The notes: generated by a model from the letters alone, not told the origin. A DNA stretch of 64,000 bases from Macrostomum lignano (GCA_002269645.1 NIVC01000032.1:1391156-1455155), one strand, 5' to 3'. Shown: positions 46,201 to 61,220, numbered from the stretch's first letter. Numbers and translations are program-made.

Positions 46201-49200
46201 TTAGCGCCGTAGGCACTCATTTTGGCGCCGTAGGCACTCATTTTAGCGCCGTAGGCACTCATTTTGGCGCCGTAGGCACTCATTTTGGCGCCGTAGGCAC
46301 TCATTTTAGCGCCGTGGGCACTCATCTTAGCGCCCTGAAGAAAATTATTGATTGCCACGAGTCACAAAGGTGGGGTGGGGGGACAGAGCATGATTGATAT
46401 GCCCCCTATAGCTTATACTGGGGGGACGGACATGTTCCATCTGTCCCCCTGGCGGCCACGCGCCTGCACGCGCTCACACGGGGTGTACATGTACAGCGGC
46501 CCTAATCGCCAGGCCGGTTAATTTTCGCGCACACAACACTCGCACTTACTCAGAACCGATTTTGGCGCAAAACCCGATCAGCCCAAGCTGGCGGTTGTTA
46601 TGGCGTCGATCCTAACAGAAACTTCGGCTACCATTGGGGCGGCCAGGGCACCAGCAGTAATCCGTGCGCTGAGACGTTCAGAGGTTCCTCGGCGTTTAGC
46701 GAGCCGGAGACCAGAGCAGTGAGAGACAAACTGTTGGCTATCCGACTGAGAACGATTTCATTCATCACTATGCACTCCTACGGGCAGGACTGGATGGTGC
46801 CGTACGGGTGAGCCGACTGGGTGGGTTTTCATGAGAAAATTCATTCCGTACATAAACTTCTACACCCTGTGTGAGCGTGTGCATGAGTGCTGTGCCTGAG
46901 TACAGTATTGGTGCTTGTGTGCTAAGGAGTGTGCGGAACGGGCAGAATTGCCTCTCACTATTGCTGATTGGTCGTGGGACAGCAGACAAGGTTTCAGTCA
47001 ACAACAGACAAATAGATTTCATTTGTCTTTCATTTCATTTGATTTAGAGTCAACAACAGATTAATAGATTTAGCAGTCAACAACAGACAAAGAGTTTAGC
47101 AGTCAACAACAGACAAATAGATTTCGCAGTCAACAACAGACAAATAGATTTCAGTCAACAACAGACAAATAGATTTCGCAGTCAACAACAGACAAATAGA
47201 TTTCGCAGTCAACAACAGACAAAGAGTTTTAGCAGTCAACAACAGACAAATAGATTTCGCAGTCAACAACAGACAAAGAGTTTTAGCAGTCAACAACAGA
47301 CAAATAGATTTCAGTCAACAACAGACAAATAGATTTCAGTCAACAACAGACAAATAGATTTCGCAGTCAACAACAGATAAATAGATTTCGCAGTCAACAA
47401 CAGACAAAGAGGTTTAGCAGTCAACAACAGACAAATAGATTTAGCAGTCAACAACAGACAAATAGATTTCGCAGTCAACAACAGATAAATAGATTTCGCA
47501 GTCAACAACAGAAAAAGAGTTTTAGCAGTCAACAACAGACAAATAGATTTCGCAGTCAACAACAGACAAATAGATTTCATTCAACAACAGACAAATAGAT
47601 TTTGCAGTCAACAAAAGACAAATAGATTTCAGTCAACAACAGACAAATAGATTTCGCAGTCAACAACAGACAAAGAGTTTTAGCAGTCAACAACAGACAA
47701 AGAGTTTTAGCAGTCAACAACAGACAAATAGATTTCAGTCAACAACAGACAAATAGATTTCGCAGTCAACAACAGACAAATAGATTTCGCAGTCAACAAC
47801 AGACAAATAGATTTCGCAGTCAACAACAGACAAATAGATTTCGCAGTCAACAACAGATAAATAGATTTCGCAGTCAACAACAGACAAAGAGGTTTAGCAG
47901 TCAACAACAGACAAATAGATTTAGCAGTCAACAACAGACAAATAGATTTCGCAGTCAACAACAGATAAATAGATTTCGCAGTCAACAACAGACAAAGAGT
48001 TTTAGCAGTCAACAACAGACAAATAGATTTCGCAGTCAACAACAGGCAAATAGATTTCGTAGTCAACAACAGACAAATAGATTTCAGTCAACAACAGACA
48101 CATATAGATTTCAGTCAACAACAGACAAAGAGATTTCAGTCAACAACAGACAAATAGATTTCAGTCAACAACAGACAAATAGATTTCGCAGTCAACAACA
48201 GACAAATAGATTTCGCAGTCAACAACAGCCAAATAGATTTCGCAGTCAACAACAGACAAATAGATTTCAGTCAACAACAGACAAATAGATTTCGCAGTCA
48301 ACAACAGACAAATAGATTTAGCAGTCAACAACAGACAAATAGATTTCGCAGTCAACAACAGACAAATAGATTTCGCAGTCAACAACAGATAAATAGATTT
48401 CGCAGTCAACAACAGACAAAGAGGTTTAGCAGTCAACAACAGACAAATAGATTTAGCAGTCAACAACAGACAAATAGATTTCGCAGTCAACAACAGATAA
48501 ATAGATTTCGCAGTCAACAACAGACAAAGAGTTTTAGCAGTCAACAACAGACAAATAGATTTCGCAGTCAACAACAGGCAAATAGATTTCGGAGTCAACA
48601 ACAGACAAATAGATTTCAGTCAACAACAGACACATATAGATTTCAGTCAACAACAGACAAAGAGATTTCAGTCAACAACAGACAAATAGATTTCAGTCAA
48701 CAACAGACACATATAGATTTCAGTCAACAACAGACACATATAGATTTCAGTCAACAACAGACACATATAGATTTCAGTCAACAACAGACAAATAGATTTC
48801 GCAGTCAACAACAGACAAATAGATTTCGCAGTCAACAACAGCCAAATAGATTTCGCAGTCAACAACAGACAAATAGATTTCAGTCAACAACAGACAAAGA
48901 GATTTCGCAGTCAACAACAGGCAAATAGATTTCGCAGTCAACAACAGACAAAGAGATTTCGCAGTCAACAACAGACAAATAGATTTCGCAGTCAACAACA
49001 GACAAATAGATTTCAGTCAACAACAGACAAATAGATTTCGCAGTCAACAACAGACAAATAGATTTCGCAGTCAACAACAGACAAATAGATTTCGCAGTCA
49101 ACAACAGACAAATAGATTTCGCAGACAACAACAGACAAATAGATTTCAGTCAACAACAGACAAATAGATTTCGCAGTCAACAACAGACAAATAGATTTCG

Positions 49201-52200
49201 CAGTCAACAACAGACAAATAGATTTCGCAGTCAACAACAGACAAATAGATTTCGCAGTCAACAACAGACAAATAGATTTCGCAGTCAACAACAGACAAAT
49301 AGATTTCGCAGTCAACAACAGACAAATAGATTTCGCAGTCAACAACAGACAAAAAGATTTCGCAGTCAACAACAGACAAATAGATTTCAGTCAACAACAG
49401 ACAAATAGATTTCGCAGTCAACAACAGACAAATAGATTTCGCAGTCAACAACAGACAAATAGATTTCGCAGTCAACAACAGACAAATAGATTTCAGTCAA
49501 CAACAGACAAATAGATTTCGCAGTCAACAACAGACAAATAGATTTCGCAGTCAACAACAGACAAATAGATTTCAGTCAACAACAGACAAATAGATTTCGC
49601 AGTCAACAACAGACAAATAGATTTCGCAGTCAACAACAGACAAAAAGATTTCGCAGTCAACAACAGACAAATAGATTTCAGTCAACAACAGACAAATAGA
49701 TTTCGCAGTCAACAACAGACAAATAGATTTCGCAGTCAACAACAGACAAATAGATTTCAGTCAACAACAGACAAATAGATTTCGCAGTCAAGAACAGACA
49801 AATAGATTTCGCAGTCAACAACAGACAAATAGATTTCGCAGTCAACAACAGACAAATAGATTTCAGTCAACAACAGACAAATAGATTTCGCAGTCAACAA
49901 CAGACAAATAGATTTCGCAGTCAACAACAGACAAATAGATTTCAGTCAACAACAGACAAATAGATTTCGCAGTCAACAACAGACAAATAGATTTCGCAGT
50001 CAACAACAGACAAAAAGATTTCGCAGTCAACAACAGACAAATAGATTTCAGTCAACAACAGACAAATAGATTTCGCAGTCAACAACAGACAAATAGATTT
50101 CGCAGTCAACAACAGACAAATAGATTTCGCAGTCAACAACAGACAAATAGATTTCAGTCAACAACAGACAAATAGATTTCGCAGTCAACAACAGACAAAA
50201 AGATTTCGCAGTCAACAACAGACAAAAAGATTTCGCAGTCAACAACAGACAAATAGATTTCAGTCAACAACAGACAAAAAGATTTCGCAGTCAACAACAG
50301 ACAAAAAGATTTCGCAGTCAACAACAGACAAATAGATTTCGCAGTCAACAACAGACAAAAAGATTTCGCAGTCAACAACAGACAAAAAGATTTCGCAGTC
50401 AACAACAGACAAAAAGATTTCGCAGTCAACAACAGACAAATAGATTTCAGTCAACAACAGACAAAAAGATTTCGCAGTCAACAACAGACAAATAGATTTC
50501 GCAGTCAACAACAGACAAATAGATTTCAGTCAACAACAGACAAATAGATTTCGCAGTCAACAACAGACAAATAGATTTCGCAGTCAACAACAGACAAATA
50601 GATTTCGCAGTCAACAACAGACAAATAGATTTCGCAGTCAACAACAGACAAATAGATTTCAGTCAACAACAGACAAATAGATTTCGCAGTCAACAACAGA
50701 CAAATAGATTTCGCAGTCAACAACAGACAAATAGATTTCGAAGTCAACAACAGACAAAAAGATTTCGCAGTCAACAACAGACAAAAAGATTTCGCAGTCA
50801 ACAACAGACAAATAGATTTCGCAGTCAACAACAGACAAATAGATTTCGCAGTCAACAACAGACAAATAGATTTCGCAGTCAACAACAGACAAATAGATTT
50901 CGCAGTCAACAACAGACAAATAGATTTCGCAGTCAACAACAGACAAATAGATTTCAGTCAACAACAGACAAATAGATTTCGCAGTCAACAACAGACAAAT
51001 AGATTTCGCAGTCAACAACAGACAAATAGATTTCGCAGTCAACAACAGACAAATAGATTTCAGTCAACAACAGACAAATAGATTTCGCAGTCAACAACAG
51101 ACAAATAGATTTCGCAGTCAACAACAGACAAATAGATTTCGCAGTCAACAACAGACAAATAGATTTAGCAGTCAACAACAGCCAAATAGATTTCAGTCAA
51201 CAACAGACAAAGAGATTTCGCAGTCAACAACAGACAAATAGATTTCAGTCAAAACAGACAAATAGATTTCGCAGTCAACAACAGACAAATAGATTTCAGT
51301 CAACAACAGACAAATAGATTTCGCAGTCAACAACAGACAAAAAGATTTCGCAGTCAACAACAGACAAAAAGATTTCGCAGTCAACAACAGACAAATGGAT
51401 TTCAGTCAACAACAGACAAATAGATTTCGCAGTCAACAACAGACAAATAGATTTCGCAGTCAACAACAGACAAATAGATTTCGCAGTCAACAACAGACAA
51501 ATAGATTTCGCAGACAACAACAGACAAATAGATTTCAGTCAACAACAGACAAATAGATTTCGCAGTCAACAACAGACAAATAGATTTCGCAGTCAACAAC
51601 AGACAAATAGATTTCGCAGTCAACAACAGACAAATAGATTTCGCAGACAACAACAGACAAATAGATTTCAGTCAACAACAGACAAATAGATTTCGCAGTC
51701 AACAACAGACAAATAGATTTCGCAGTCAACAACAGACAAATAGATTTCGCAGTCAACAACAGACAAATAGATTTCAGTCAACAACAGACAAATAGATTTC
51801 GCAGTCAACAACAGACAAATAGATTTCGCAGTCAACAACAGACAAATAGATTTCGCAGTCAACAACAGACAAATAGATTTCGCAGTCAACAACAGACAAA
51901 TAGATTTCGCAGTCAACAACAGACAAATAGATTTCGCAGACAACAACAGACAAATAGATTTCAGTCAACAACAGACAAATAGATTTCGCAGTCAACAACA
52001 GACAAATAGATTTCGCAGTCAACAACAGACAAATAGATTTCGCAGTCAACAACAGACAAATAGATTTCGCAGACAACAACAGACAAATAGATTTCAGTCA
52101 ACAACAGACAAATAGATTTCGCAGTCAACAACAGACAAATAGATTTCGCAGTCAACAACAGACAAATAGATTTCGCAGTCAACAACAGACAAATAGATTT

Positions 52201-52699
52201 CAGTCAACAACAGACAAAGAGATTTCGCAGTCAACAACAGGCAAATAGATTTCGCAGTCAACAACAGACAAATAGATTTCAGTCAACAACAGACAAATAG
52301 ATTTCAGTCAACAACAGACAAATAGATACCGGCTTCTCAGACCTGAGAAACCGACTCATTCCCACCACTAAAACCAGGTACGCTTACAACGTTAGCGTAG
52401 ACAACTATGCTCAGATGATGCGACCAGTGCAAGCTGCAGCAGACAAACTGAAATCGCTCGGCCGCAACTATGACATCGGCAACTCGGCCGTGGTCACCTA
52501 TCCCGCAGCGGGAGCTTCAGATGACTACGCGGCAAGCATTGGGGTGCCCTATGCTCACACAATCGAATTGCCAGACACGGGTCAGTATCGCTTCCTACTG
52601 CCGCAGAGTGAAATACCCAGAGTTGGCTTGGAGACGCTGGAGGCTCTCAAAGTCTATTTGGGGTATATTGCGGCCGCTAATCAGCCAAGGGATGAATGA
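42709..52699 (+). CDS. M14A carboxypeptidase B-like, copy 3 (GQYRFLLP variant)
   Basis: Exons 42709-42806, about 43228-43393, 44095-44322, 44823-44924, 45013-45114, 45529-45642, 46554-46807 and 52378-52699. Confidence 0.92.
45818..46466 (-). mobile_element. Same diverged element, copy 3
   Basis: Near-identical to 12897-13544. Confidence 0.8.
46991..52328. repeat. 27/25-bp minisatellite, copy 3 (about 5.3 kb)
   Basis: Same unit. Confidence 0.96.
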
Positions 52700-54315
52700 T
52701 TGAAGATTTACATAATAAATTTAACTAACATTACAAAACAGTTTAAAATCTTAACAATGTAATCAGTTGTCGGCAACCTTTTTACTTCAAGGGCCAAATA
52801 TAAAAGTCTTGATGATTGCTGCGGGCCGGATGATAGATGACAGATTAGAGAGGTGAGAGAAAAGATTAGATAAAAGATAAGAGATGAGATGAGAGGAGAG
52901 AGCTGAGAAGAGACACAAACCTTGAGCGGGCTGGATTGCTATAGTGAAGTTTCAAAGGATCAAAGGAATTGTTTCAAAGGCCGGATAGAGAGGTGAAATA
53001 CATATTTCACCCCTACACTTCTACGGTAAAATTACCCCTGCACTATTAATTTTAACGGTTTTCCTTAATTAACGGTTTTAATTTTAACGACTTCTGCTAT
53101 CCAATTCTACTGTATTATTACAGTTTTGCACTTAACTCATTACTATCGCAAAAACGAAAAATAAATCCGATAAAATCACTCACAAAAGTAGATAAACTTC
53201 GTTAACAGAAAATGTTCAATTTTTTTTCAAACAAAATCTGAAGTAAATTATAACAAAATAATAGAAATATGTCAATGGTTTGGAATGTTTAAAACAATCT
53301 TTGAGATAAAATCGGTCTGGAATTTATTGAAACCGGCATAAAAAACTGTGAGCTTGGAAATTATAGTGCTTATTAAATACTAGACAGTATAATTATAGTT
53401 TGAAAGATATAAGAAGCATAATACATGATAATATATACACCACGCAAAAAGTGAGTAAGATAAGCACTGAAAGATGCAGGTTAGCATAATTGCGCATCAT
53501 ATTTTAACAGTAAAACGAGTGAAATAAATAAATAATTCCGGAAAAAATTACTAATTAACCTGCTAACTATTTCGGCTGAAAGGAGATTCAATGTGACAAA
53601 TATGAGAATATTTGCAACATATTTTAATTTGAAGGCACACACAATAAAGGAAAAAGTAATCAAGTTTTGAATTATGAGCAACAATGCTCGATAAAAACCT
53701 GCTATGCTTGCACAATAGATTGAGATTGCAAATAGAATTTCTGTATAAATTATTACAGATAGTGCACCTGAATATTGCAAAAATAAATTATTGAACAGGG
53801 CTCTAAAACTGCAGTTTTTTCTAAATACGAAATTATTACAAGCAAAAATTTGAAGAAATGTTTAACTTGCTTAAAGCTGCAATTTTTGGTTTATTTTTTT
53901 GTTAAATTGGCTGAGCTCAAATTGCTCATCAATAAGTTTTTAACAATTTTGACTCTCTGATGTGCCAGCGGCCCAGGCTCGATTCCAAGTGCAGTCACAT
54001 TAATTTGGGGCTAAATTGGAATCTCGGCTTGGCTCTGCTCGTGCAATTAATGTCATTAAGAGCCAACCCCCCAAGGCACAGTGAAGTGTACATGCCCAAC
54101 GATTAATAAAGTTAAGGCCGCTGTACACTCCTGTGTGTGTGCCTGTGCGTATGACTGCGTACGTATCCGCGCGCTAGTGTGCCTGCTCAGGGGAGTCGGC
54201 GGAATGGGGGCAGCAATGCCTCTCGCCGGTTGTGCGACAATGTCGCTTAAAGTGCGCCCGAGTGCATACAGCTCCATGCCTCTAATAAAAAATCTCTTCA
54301 GTGCATTTTTCAAGC

Positions 54316-54703
54316 GAATTGTCTATGGCCCAACCCCACTAAGCTGTCACTCAGTTTGAAACCGGCACTGCAGATAATTTTTTTTACTTTAGTCATTGAA
54401 TTGTCTTTGGCCCAACCCCACTAAGCTGTCACTCAGTTTGAAACCGGCACTGCAGATAAAGTTTGTTTTTTTTACTTTAGTCATTGAATTGTCTATGGCC
54501 CAACCCCACTGAGCTGTCACTCAGTTTGAAACCGGCACTGCAGATAAAGTTTGTTTTTTTACTTTAGTCATTGAATTGTCTTTGGCCCAACCCCACTGAG
54601 CTGTCACTCAGTTTGAAACCGGCACTGCAGATAAAGTTTGTTTTTTTACTTTAGTCATTGAATTGTCTATGGCCCAACCCCACTGAGCTGTCACTCAGTT
54701 TGA
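54316..54703. repeat. 87-bp tandem array, copy 4 (4 units + half)
   Basis: Unit starts at 54316, 54398, 54486, 54573 and 54660. Confidence 0.93.
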
Positions 54704-57557
54704 CCCCAGCGAGGCGGCAGATTTTGGCCTCGGCAGCCGACTGGCAGAAGTCGATCGAAATTTTCTAGCAACAGCACCGGAGCTTTGCCGCTGCTCAGTT
54801 TGAGACGCCGGCATAGGCCAGTAGTTGCGGCGCCGATTGGCATGTTGCCGATGTTGCTGCTTTTGCATCAGCTGGAGCCGGTCAAGAAGACTGCATAGGC
54901 GAGCTAACGAATTCAAACTGGCTGGTGTACCCTGTCTCAGCAGGGCTAGCGGGCGATAGTTACGCTTGAGTAGGTCGGTGTTTGAGCACAGGTGCTTTAG
55001 CCAGGCTGACAAGAAACCGGCACTGCAGATAAAGTTTGCTTTTTTACTTTAGTCATTAAATTTGAGCACAAATACTAGGAAAGCAAATCCCATTAATCTC
55101 TTAACCATGCAATCTAATCAAAACACTTATTGACAATCCACTAGGGTTGTAGCCTCCTCAAGACTCACGACTGAAAGGTTAGGGGTTCGTTTCCCGATCC
55201 CACTGGAACAATTTGTGTCCTTGAGAGCAAGACACTCAACTCTGCATTGCTTGAGTTCACCCAGCTGTAAAATGGGTGCCAGCATTAGCTGGGGGAATTG
55301 AGGGTGTGTGTGGCGACCCCCCCCCCCAGTCCTTGGACTGAACAGCCTTTAGACTGCGCCACACAGTAGCTGCGGCCATACATGCGCAACCTTCAAAAAT
55401 CGGTCGGCCGTGTGACTTAGTTTTAATAAAAATGCGACGTAGTTTTTGGCCAAAAAATGCGACTTACATATTAAAAAAACCCAAGCAAAATTAACGCAAC
55501 TTTGGGTAAACAACATAAGTAACTATGACTGTCTTATTAAGCCAACATGCCTCGTCAGCTACTTAGTACTACCACTTGAGTATCTGTTCGGGTGGGCATT
55601 TTTGCGACTTCTTTGTTTGGCTGCCAAATCGGTCGGCCGTCGGCCGACTCGGCCGACTGTTATGCATGTATGGCTGCGGCTGTGTCGGTTGCGCATCTGC
55701 CTATTATGGCAGGTGTAATCAATTAACTATGCTTTTCTCCTAAACCTCCCATTCCATGTATCAAAGCTAATTTCCACTCACTTTAAACAGGCAACGACAA
55801 AGGCATCGAATCGGCCCTGTTCGCCATTTGATTCGCTTTTCGAAGCATTTATTTGACGCACAATGGCCGACAGCTTTGGACCAATCGGTACTGCGGAAAT
55901 TTGGAAATGTAAAATCAATAGATTGAGACGCAAAGCAATCGAACCCCCCTCGTTCGTGGGTTCTGAGACTCACCGCAACTGGCACAAGACTCTTCAACCA
56001 GCAGACACAGCGGCGAAGCCATCAGTCTGCTTTTCTTTAACAGCAGATTTCTCTGTTGAACAGTTCTAGCCTTGCTAACATTGCCGCCAAATTGGTTGAC
56101 AAATTCGGCTGTGGACCAAGCGCTGGACATTGCTAAACCGTTGCTAACTAGACTGTACAATGAGCGGCACAGTAAACCTACAATAACAGATGAAGATTGA
56201 CCGTTGCTAGGCAAACTGCAGATCGATATCAGCTGTTCGACAGCAGACGCGGCTTGAGCAGACAATCGATTGAGTTGGCGAGTAGGCGATTCGGGAACTG
56301 GAAGGCGAGGTGGCGCAGCAGTTTGAGCCGGTTTGCTGGACACTGGCGAGCCGCAGAATTCCAAAGGCTGGCTGTCCTCGTCGTCGCCATAGAGACCAAC
56401 TGACTGGGGTATTACCTGGTCTCGGGAAATATTGTTGAGCACGGGGGAGTTTGAGCACGGATTGATTGGTTAATTAGTCTTCAGGATGTCAAGTTAGTCT
56501 ATAGGAAGCTATATCTATCTTTGGGATTTTTCAGTTAGCCAGTAGGAAATACGGGGAATTTTGTTAGAATTAGTCAGTGGGAATCATGGGGAATGTTTTA
56601 GAATTAGTCAGTGGGAATCATGGGGAATGTTTTTAGAATTAGTCAGTGGGAATCATGGGAAAATTTTTTGGAATTAGCCAAAGGGAATCATGAGGAACTT
56701 TTTCAGAATTAGTCAGTGGGAAATTGGAATCATGGGGAACTTTTTTAGAATTAGTCAGTGGGAATCATGGGGAATGTTTTTATAATTAGTCAGTGGGAAT
56801 CATGGGGAATTTTAATCAGTGGGAACTATAGAGAATTTTTCTAGTTAATAAGAAGGAATCATCTGGGAATTATTTAGCCCGTGGGAATGATGGAGAATGT
56901 ATGTATGATCAGGGATACTGAAAGCAAGGTTCAGAGCCAGCTCAGAATAACAATTCTCACATGGAAGTCTTGCCCGATCAGGGAGAGCTTGGCCGGTGGC
57001 ACAGACAAGCACCTGCTAGCAGCATGATCGTCGCAGCTTGAGCAGCGAACTTTCTGACGCCTCCTGCTGCGTCCGCGACTTGACCTGGGAGCAGCAGCAG
57101 CAGCAGCAGCCGGAGCATCTGCACTAGAAGCAGAGACGGCGCCAATTCCTCCGCTAGGTGGCCTTCTCCGCCTCGAACAGCGACTGCTTGGATTGCTGCT
57201 ACTAGAGAAGTCAGGCAGATTGGTGGAGACGCCAGCCGGCAACTCTTGGCGTAGAAATGCCAGATCTGGCAAATTTGAACAGCTGACAGCCGATCGAAGT
57301 AGTTGGTTGGATTCCAGCTTTTGATCGCTACTATTATTATTATCATTATGCCGAACTAATAACGATTGTGGATGTTGAAGAATTCTCAGATTTGAAGGCC
57401 GACGATCGGATTTCAGGCCGCGCCAAGTTGTACGCCTGGAGCAAGGCGGGGCGGCCTGTCTGGTCTGGCAAGGACATCTCGCTCGAGGCTCTGCCCGAAG
57501 TTGATGAACGCCAGAACTACGGCCGCCGCTGAAGGACACACTTCGCCTGGTATACAT
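54695..57557 (-). CDS. RUN-domain protein, copy 4
   Basis: Exons 57557-56961, 56415-55974, 55890-55782 and 55022-54695, with the same splice sites and open frame. Confidence 0.85.
55377..55672. mobile_element. Same MITE, copy 4
   Basis: Same TIR and TSD. Confidence 0.85.
56567..56826. repeat. 35-bp minisatellite, copy 4 (short)
   Basis: Same unit. Confidence 0.9.
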
Positions 57558-60077
57558 CGCGTTTTTGCTTCACGGTGTGGGCATTCTGCTACCCTGGAAT
57601 CTATTCATCAATGCCAAGGAGTACTTTGAGAACTACAAGCTCAACACGAACATCTCGCGCGAGGCGGACTACAGGCACAATTTTATGAACTACATCGGCC
57701 TCGGGTCTCAGCTGCCCAACATGCTCATGCTGGCTTGCAACGTCTTCTTTCAGCCGTTGACGACCAGCGAAGGACAGGAAAAAACTGGCAGCAAAAATGC
57801 CGCACGTCGCATTATGCTGGTGATCCTGATCGAAGTTTGCGTCTGCGCCACCACCGTCATCATGGCCTTGGTGGACACGAGCGAATGCCCGCGATTGTTC
57901 TTCGATGTCACGCTAATCAGTGTCATTGTGCTCAACTGTTGCACCGGCGTCTATCAGTCCTCGGCGTTCGGCATGGCGGGTGTGCTGCCCATGACCTACT
58001 CCAGTGCGATCGTACTGGGTAAGGCGTCTATCGTGATGCTTCTCGTGCGTGTCGTAGGAATCAGGGGCGTCGCCACCGGGGGGGGGACATGTCACAGTAA
58101 AAGCTGTAGGGGGTTATGCCAATGCTTTGTCCCCCTCACCCAACCTTGTGATCCGTTATGAAAATCAATAATTTTGCTTCAGGGTGACAAAATATAGTGC
58201 CTGCAGCGCTTAAATGAGTGCCTGCGGCGCTAAAATGAGTGCCTGCGGCGCTAAAATGAGTGCCTGCGGCGCTAAAATGAGTGCCTGCGGCGCTAAAATG
58301 AGTGCCTGCGGCGCTAAAATGAGTGCCTGCGGCGCTAAAATGAGTGCCTACGGCGCTAAAATGAGTGCCTGCGGTGCTAAAATGAGTGCCTGCGGCGCTA
58401 AAATGAGTGCCTGCGGCGCTAAAATGAGTGCCTGCGGCGCTAAAATGAGTGCCTGTGGCGCTAAAATGAGTGCCTGCGGCGCTAAAATGAGTGCCTGTGG
58501 CGCTAAAATGAGTGCCCGCCGCGCCAAAATGAGTGCCTGTGGCGCTAAAATGAGTGCCCGCCGCGCCAAAATGAGTGCCTACGGCGCTAAAATGAGTGCC
58601 TGTAGCTCTAAAACGAGTGCCTGTGGCGCTAAGATCAGTGCCTGAGGCGCTAAAACGAGTGCCTGCGGCGCCAAATGAGCGCTGACAACACCGATTCTGA
58701 AAATAATGTACATGTACATATAGAATTCTTGGCTCTGTCCCCCCAACCATAAAATCCATCGCGACACCCCTGGTAGGAATCCCGCCCAGACCCCATGGTG
58801 ACAAGGGAGATATTAGTTTATTAGCTAGTCACAGAACAGCTTTACATAAGTGCGCTGTTACTACTAATCCAAATCTCCGAGTATCTCTCTGGAGCCGGCA
58901 CAGATATGGGGTGACGGAGGCCCACAAAATTTAGCAAACTTTTGCTCATCACTTTCCCAGCAAGCTTAAACATGCCACTTAAAATTCACTTGAAGCACTG
59001 AAGCATTTTAACGTCGTTTTACGCAACGCAGGTAACAACATCTGCGGAACAGTGGTTGCCATTGTGAACATTGTTAGTCGGCTGGCATCTTCGCAGAATC
59101 TGCAAATGACCGCCGTTGGCTATTTCTCATTCTCTGTCGTACTGCTACTCATCTGCTTCTCCTCGCTCCTCATATTGCCGAAGCTGCCGTTCTATCGCAC
59201 TACCAGCAGCCGCCGTCGCAACCGCATTCGTCTGAGAGGACCTGCGACACGACGCAAGGCGGCGCTAAGAACCGACTGCTCAATGAGCAGACGTCTTTCG
59301 AATCGGACGACTCAACTGAAACTGTAAACGGATGCTGCGATGAGAATCTGGAAACTGTCAGGGCTTGTTGTGCTTTGTGCTGTATCCGCAAGGGACCTGT
59401 GGCTGCGTGCTCCAGGTGAGCCAGCCGATTTTTTTAAAGAGTTTCCGATTTCCAAGTCCATTGAATTTTGGTAAAACAGCTGTGTCGTCAAAGTTGAATT
59501 CATAACTTTGAACCACAATTTCAGATACTGGCAGAGATACCTGGCTGCCTTCAAAGAGTGCTGGGTTCACTGCCTCAGCGTCTGGTCGACATTCTTCTGC
59601 ACGCTGGCCTGCTTTCCAGCCGTTCAATCGGCCATCCGTCCGGTCCAGCTGCTGTCCATAGAGGCCTGGTTCACCGACATCTTCGTGTTCCTCGGCTTCA
59701 ACCTGTTCGCCATGCTGGGCAGTCTGGCGTCAAATTTTGTACAATTCCCAAAACCACGCTGGCTGGCACTGGCCGTGTGGATTCGAACCCTAATCTTCAT
59801 ACCGTTCTTCATCATGTGCAACTGTTTCCCGGACAACCGGGCCCCGGCATTCCCGGTGGTCATCGCTAATGACTACGTGTTCACGGCTGGCATGGTGTTG
59901 TTCGCTTTCACCGGCGGCTACTTCAGCGCCCTCTGCATGATGTACGCGCCAAGGGACGTGAAGAATCCAAAGCACGCGGCATTGGCTGGCATGGTGTCGT
60001 CATTCTTCCTGGTCTCCGGCATCTTCTGCGGAGTGGCCTTCGGTGGAGTGCTGTTCAATGTGGTGCAGGCGCATTAG
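57508..60077 (+). CDS. ENT: ENT family transporter, copy 4 (1-nt deletion in exon 2 near 59196; 33-nt extra segment)
   Basis: Exons 57508-58018, 59032-59415 and 59525-60077. It reads ctatcgcac versus ctatcggcac elsewhere, and has an extra 59251-59283. Confidence 0.8.
58062..58772 (+). mobile_element. hAT-type element with 21-bp VNTR, copy 4 (about 6 units shorter)
   Basis: Same TIR/TSD, 711 bp. Confidence 0.9.
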
Positions 60078-61220
60078 GCCGCTTAGAAAATTCCAAGTAT
60101 ATCAACTTATGGATGGAGCAAATAGTCAAGCTGCATAAAGCTCGTCACTCTTAATGTCTCGATGTTAAAAAATCTTAAAAATATGTTACTTTTTCTAGAG
60201 CAGCTAGCTGACGTATTTCTATATTACAACTTCTAGTTCCATAAGCTCAGATATAACTTTGTTATAGTGCGTCATAATTTCCGGTGTTGCAGTCGTTGAT
60301 TTCTGGCTAGAGACAGATTATAACAATTTAGTAAGACCCCTTTAAATCAAATTGCTATTCGATTAGACGCTCCAGTACTTTCTGGTGACCCTATTTGTCA
60401 TTGACGTTGGCTAATTTTATAGCTTCAATTTTTGGCCTCCATCTAGCTGGTTGAGTTTTGTCACGTCAACGAAGAAAACTTGTTTGCAGTTCAATTTTTG
60501 CGTATCTGTCACTCTTTTGGTGTATTTTTTGTTAAATTAAATTATATTTAGGCTGTAAGCTATCGTGATGAAACTATAACTCAGTACTTCAATACAATTA
60601 GTAAATATGTAATATCATGCAATGTCAATTAATTTTAATATGGTGATTAATGCGCAACAGCTAGAATTAATTGCTGCATACTGAGAATTATAAATACTTT
60701 ACCAAATGTTTCTGCTGATTCTGGTTGCTGAATTTTGAAAGTCTGAGAGACCCTATAGATCAAACATTAGCTACTTAATAAGTAGTACGAGTATAAACAT
60801 GATTCAATTTTGATTGGTCAGTTGCGTTAAAATATACTGATATTCCTCTATATGTGCTACTCATATTGTTGAAGTAAGTAAGTAAAGCGTTTTTTATTAT
60901 TTAATGACTTTCAAATCCACTTATATGACACATATGCATTACCCCTAAGTTCACGTCCGCCAGCATTGCAAGTTAAGCCGAGTTGCTCCTGGTTAGTGCA
61001 CACAGTTAAAGTTGCTATGCTTGTGTCCAGGGAGTTTTTCAGCGACCAGGTTTCGGCGTTCGACCACTGCCTCATAGAACAAAGCCGCCCTCTGGCGGCT
61101 ATAAGAATTTGACCTACAGGACCGCTTTTACAGCAGGAAACACGACGCCCATACAAGCTCTAATCAACATTGCGGACGTCAAGAACCAGACCGCCGAGGT
61201 AGACGAACTGCTGGTGCCAT

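Larger units (their letters stand above)
33613..52828. repeat. Tandem cassette copy 3, 19216 bp
   Basis: Colinear. The 27/25-bp array is expanded to about 5.3 kb. Confidence 0.97.
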
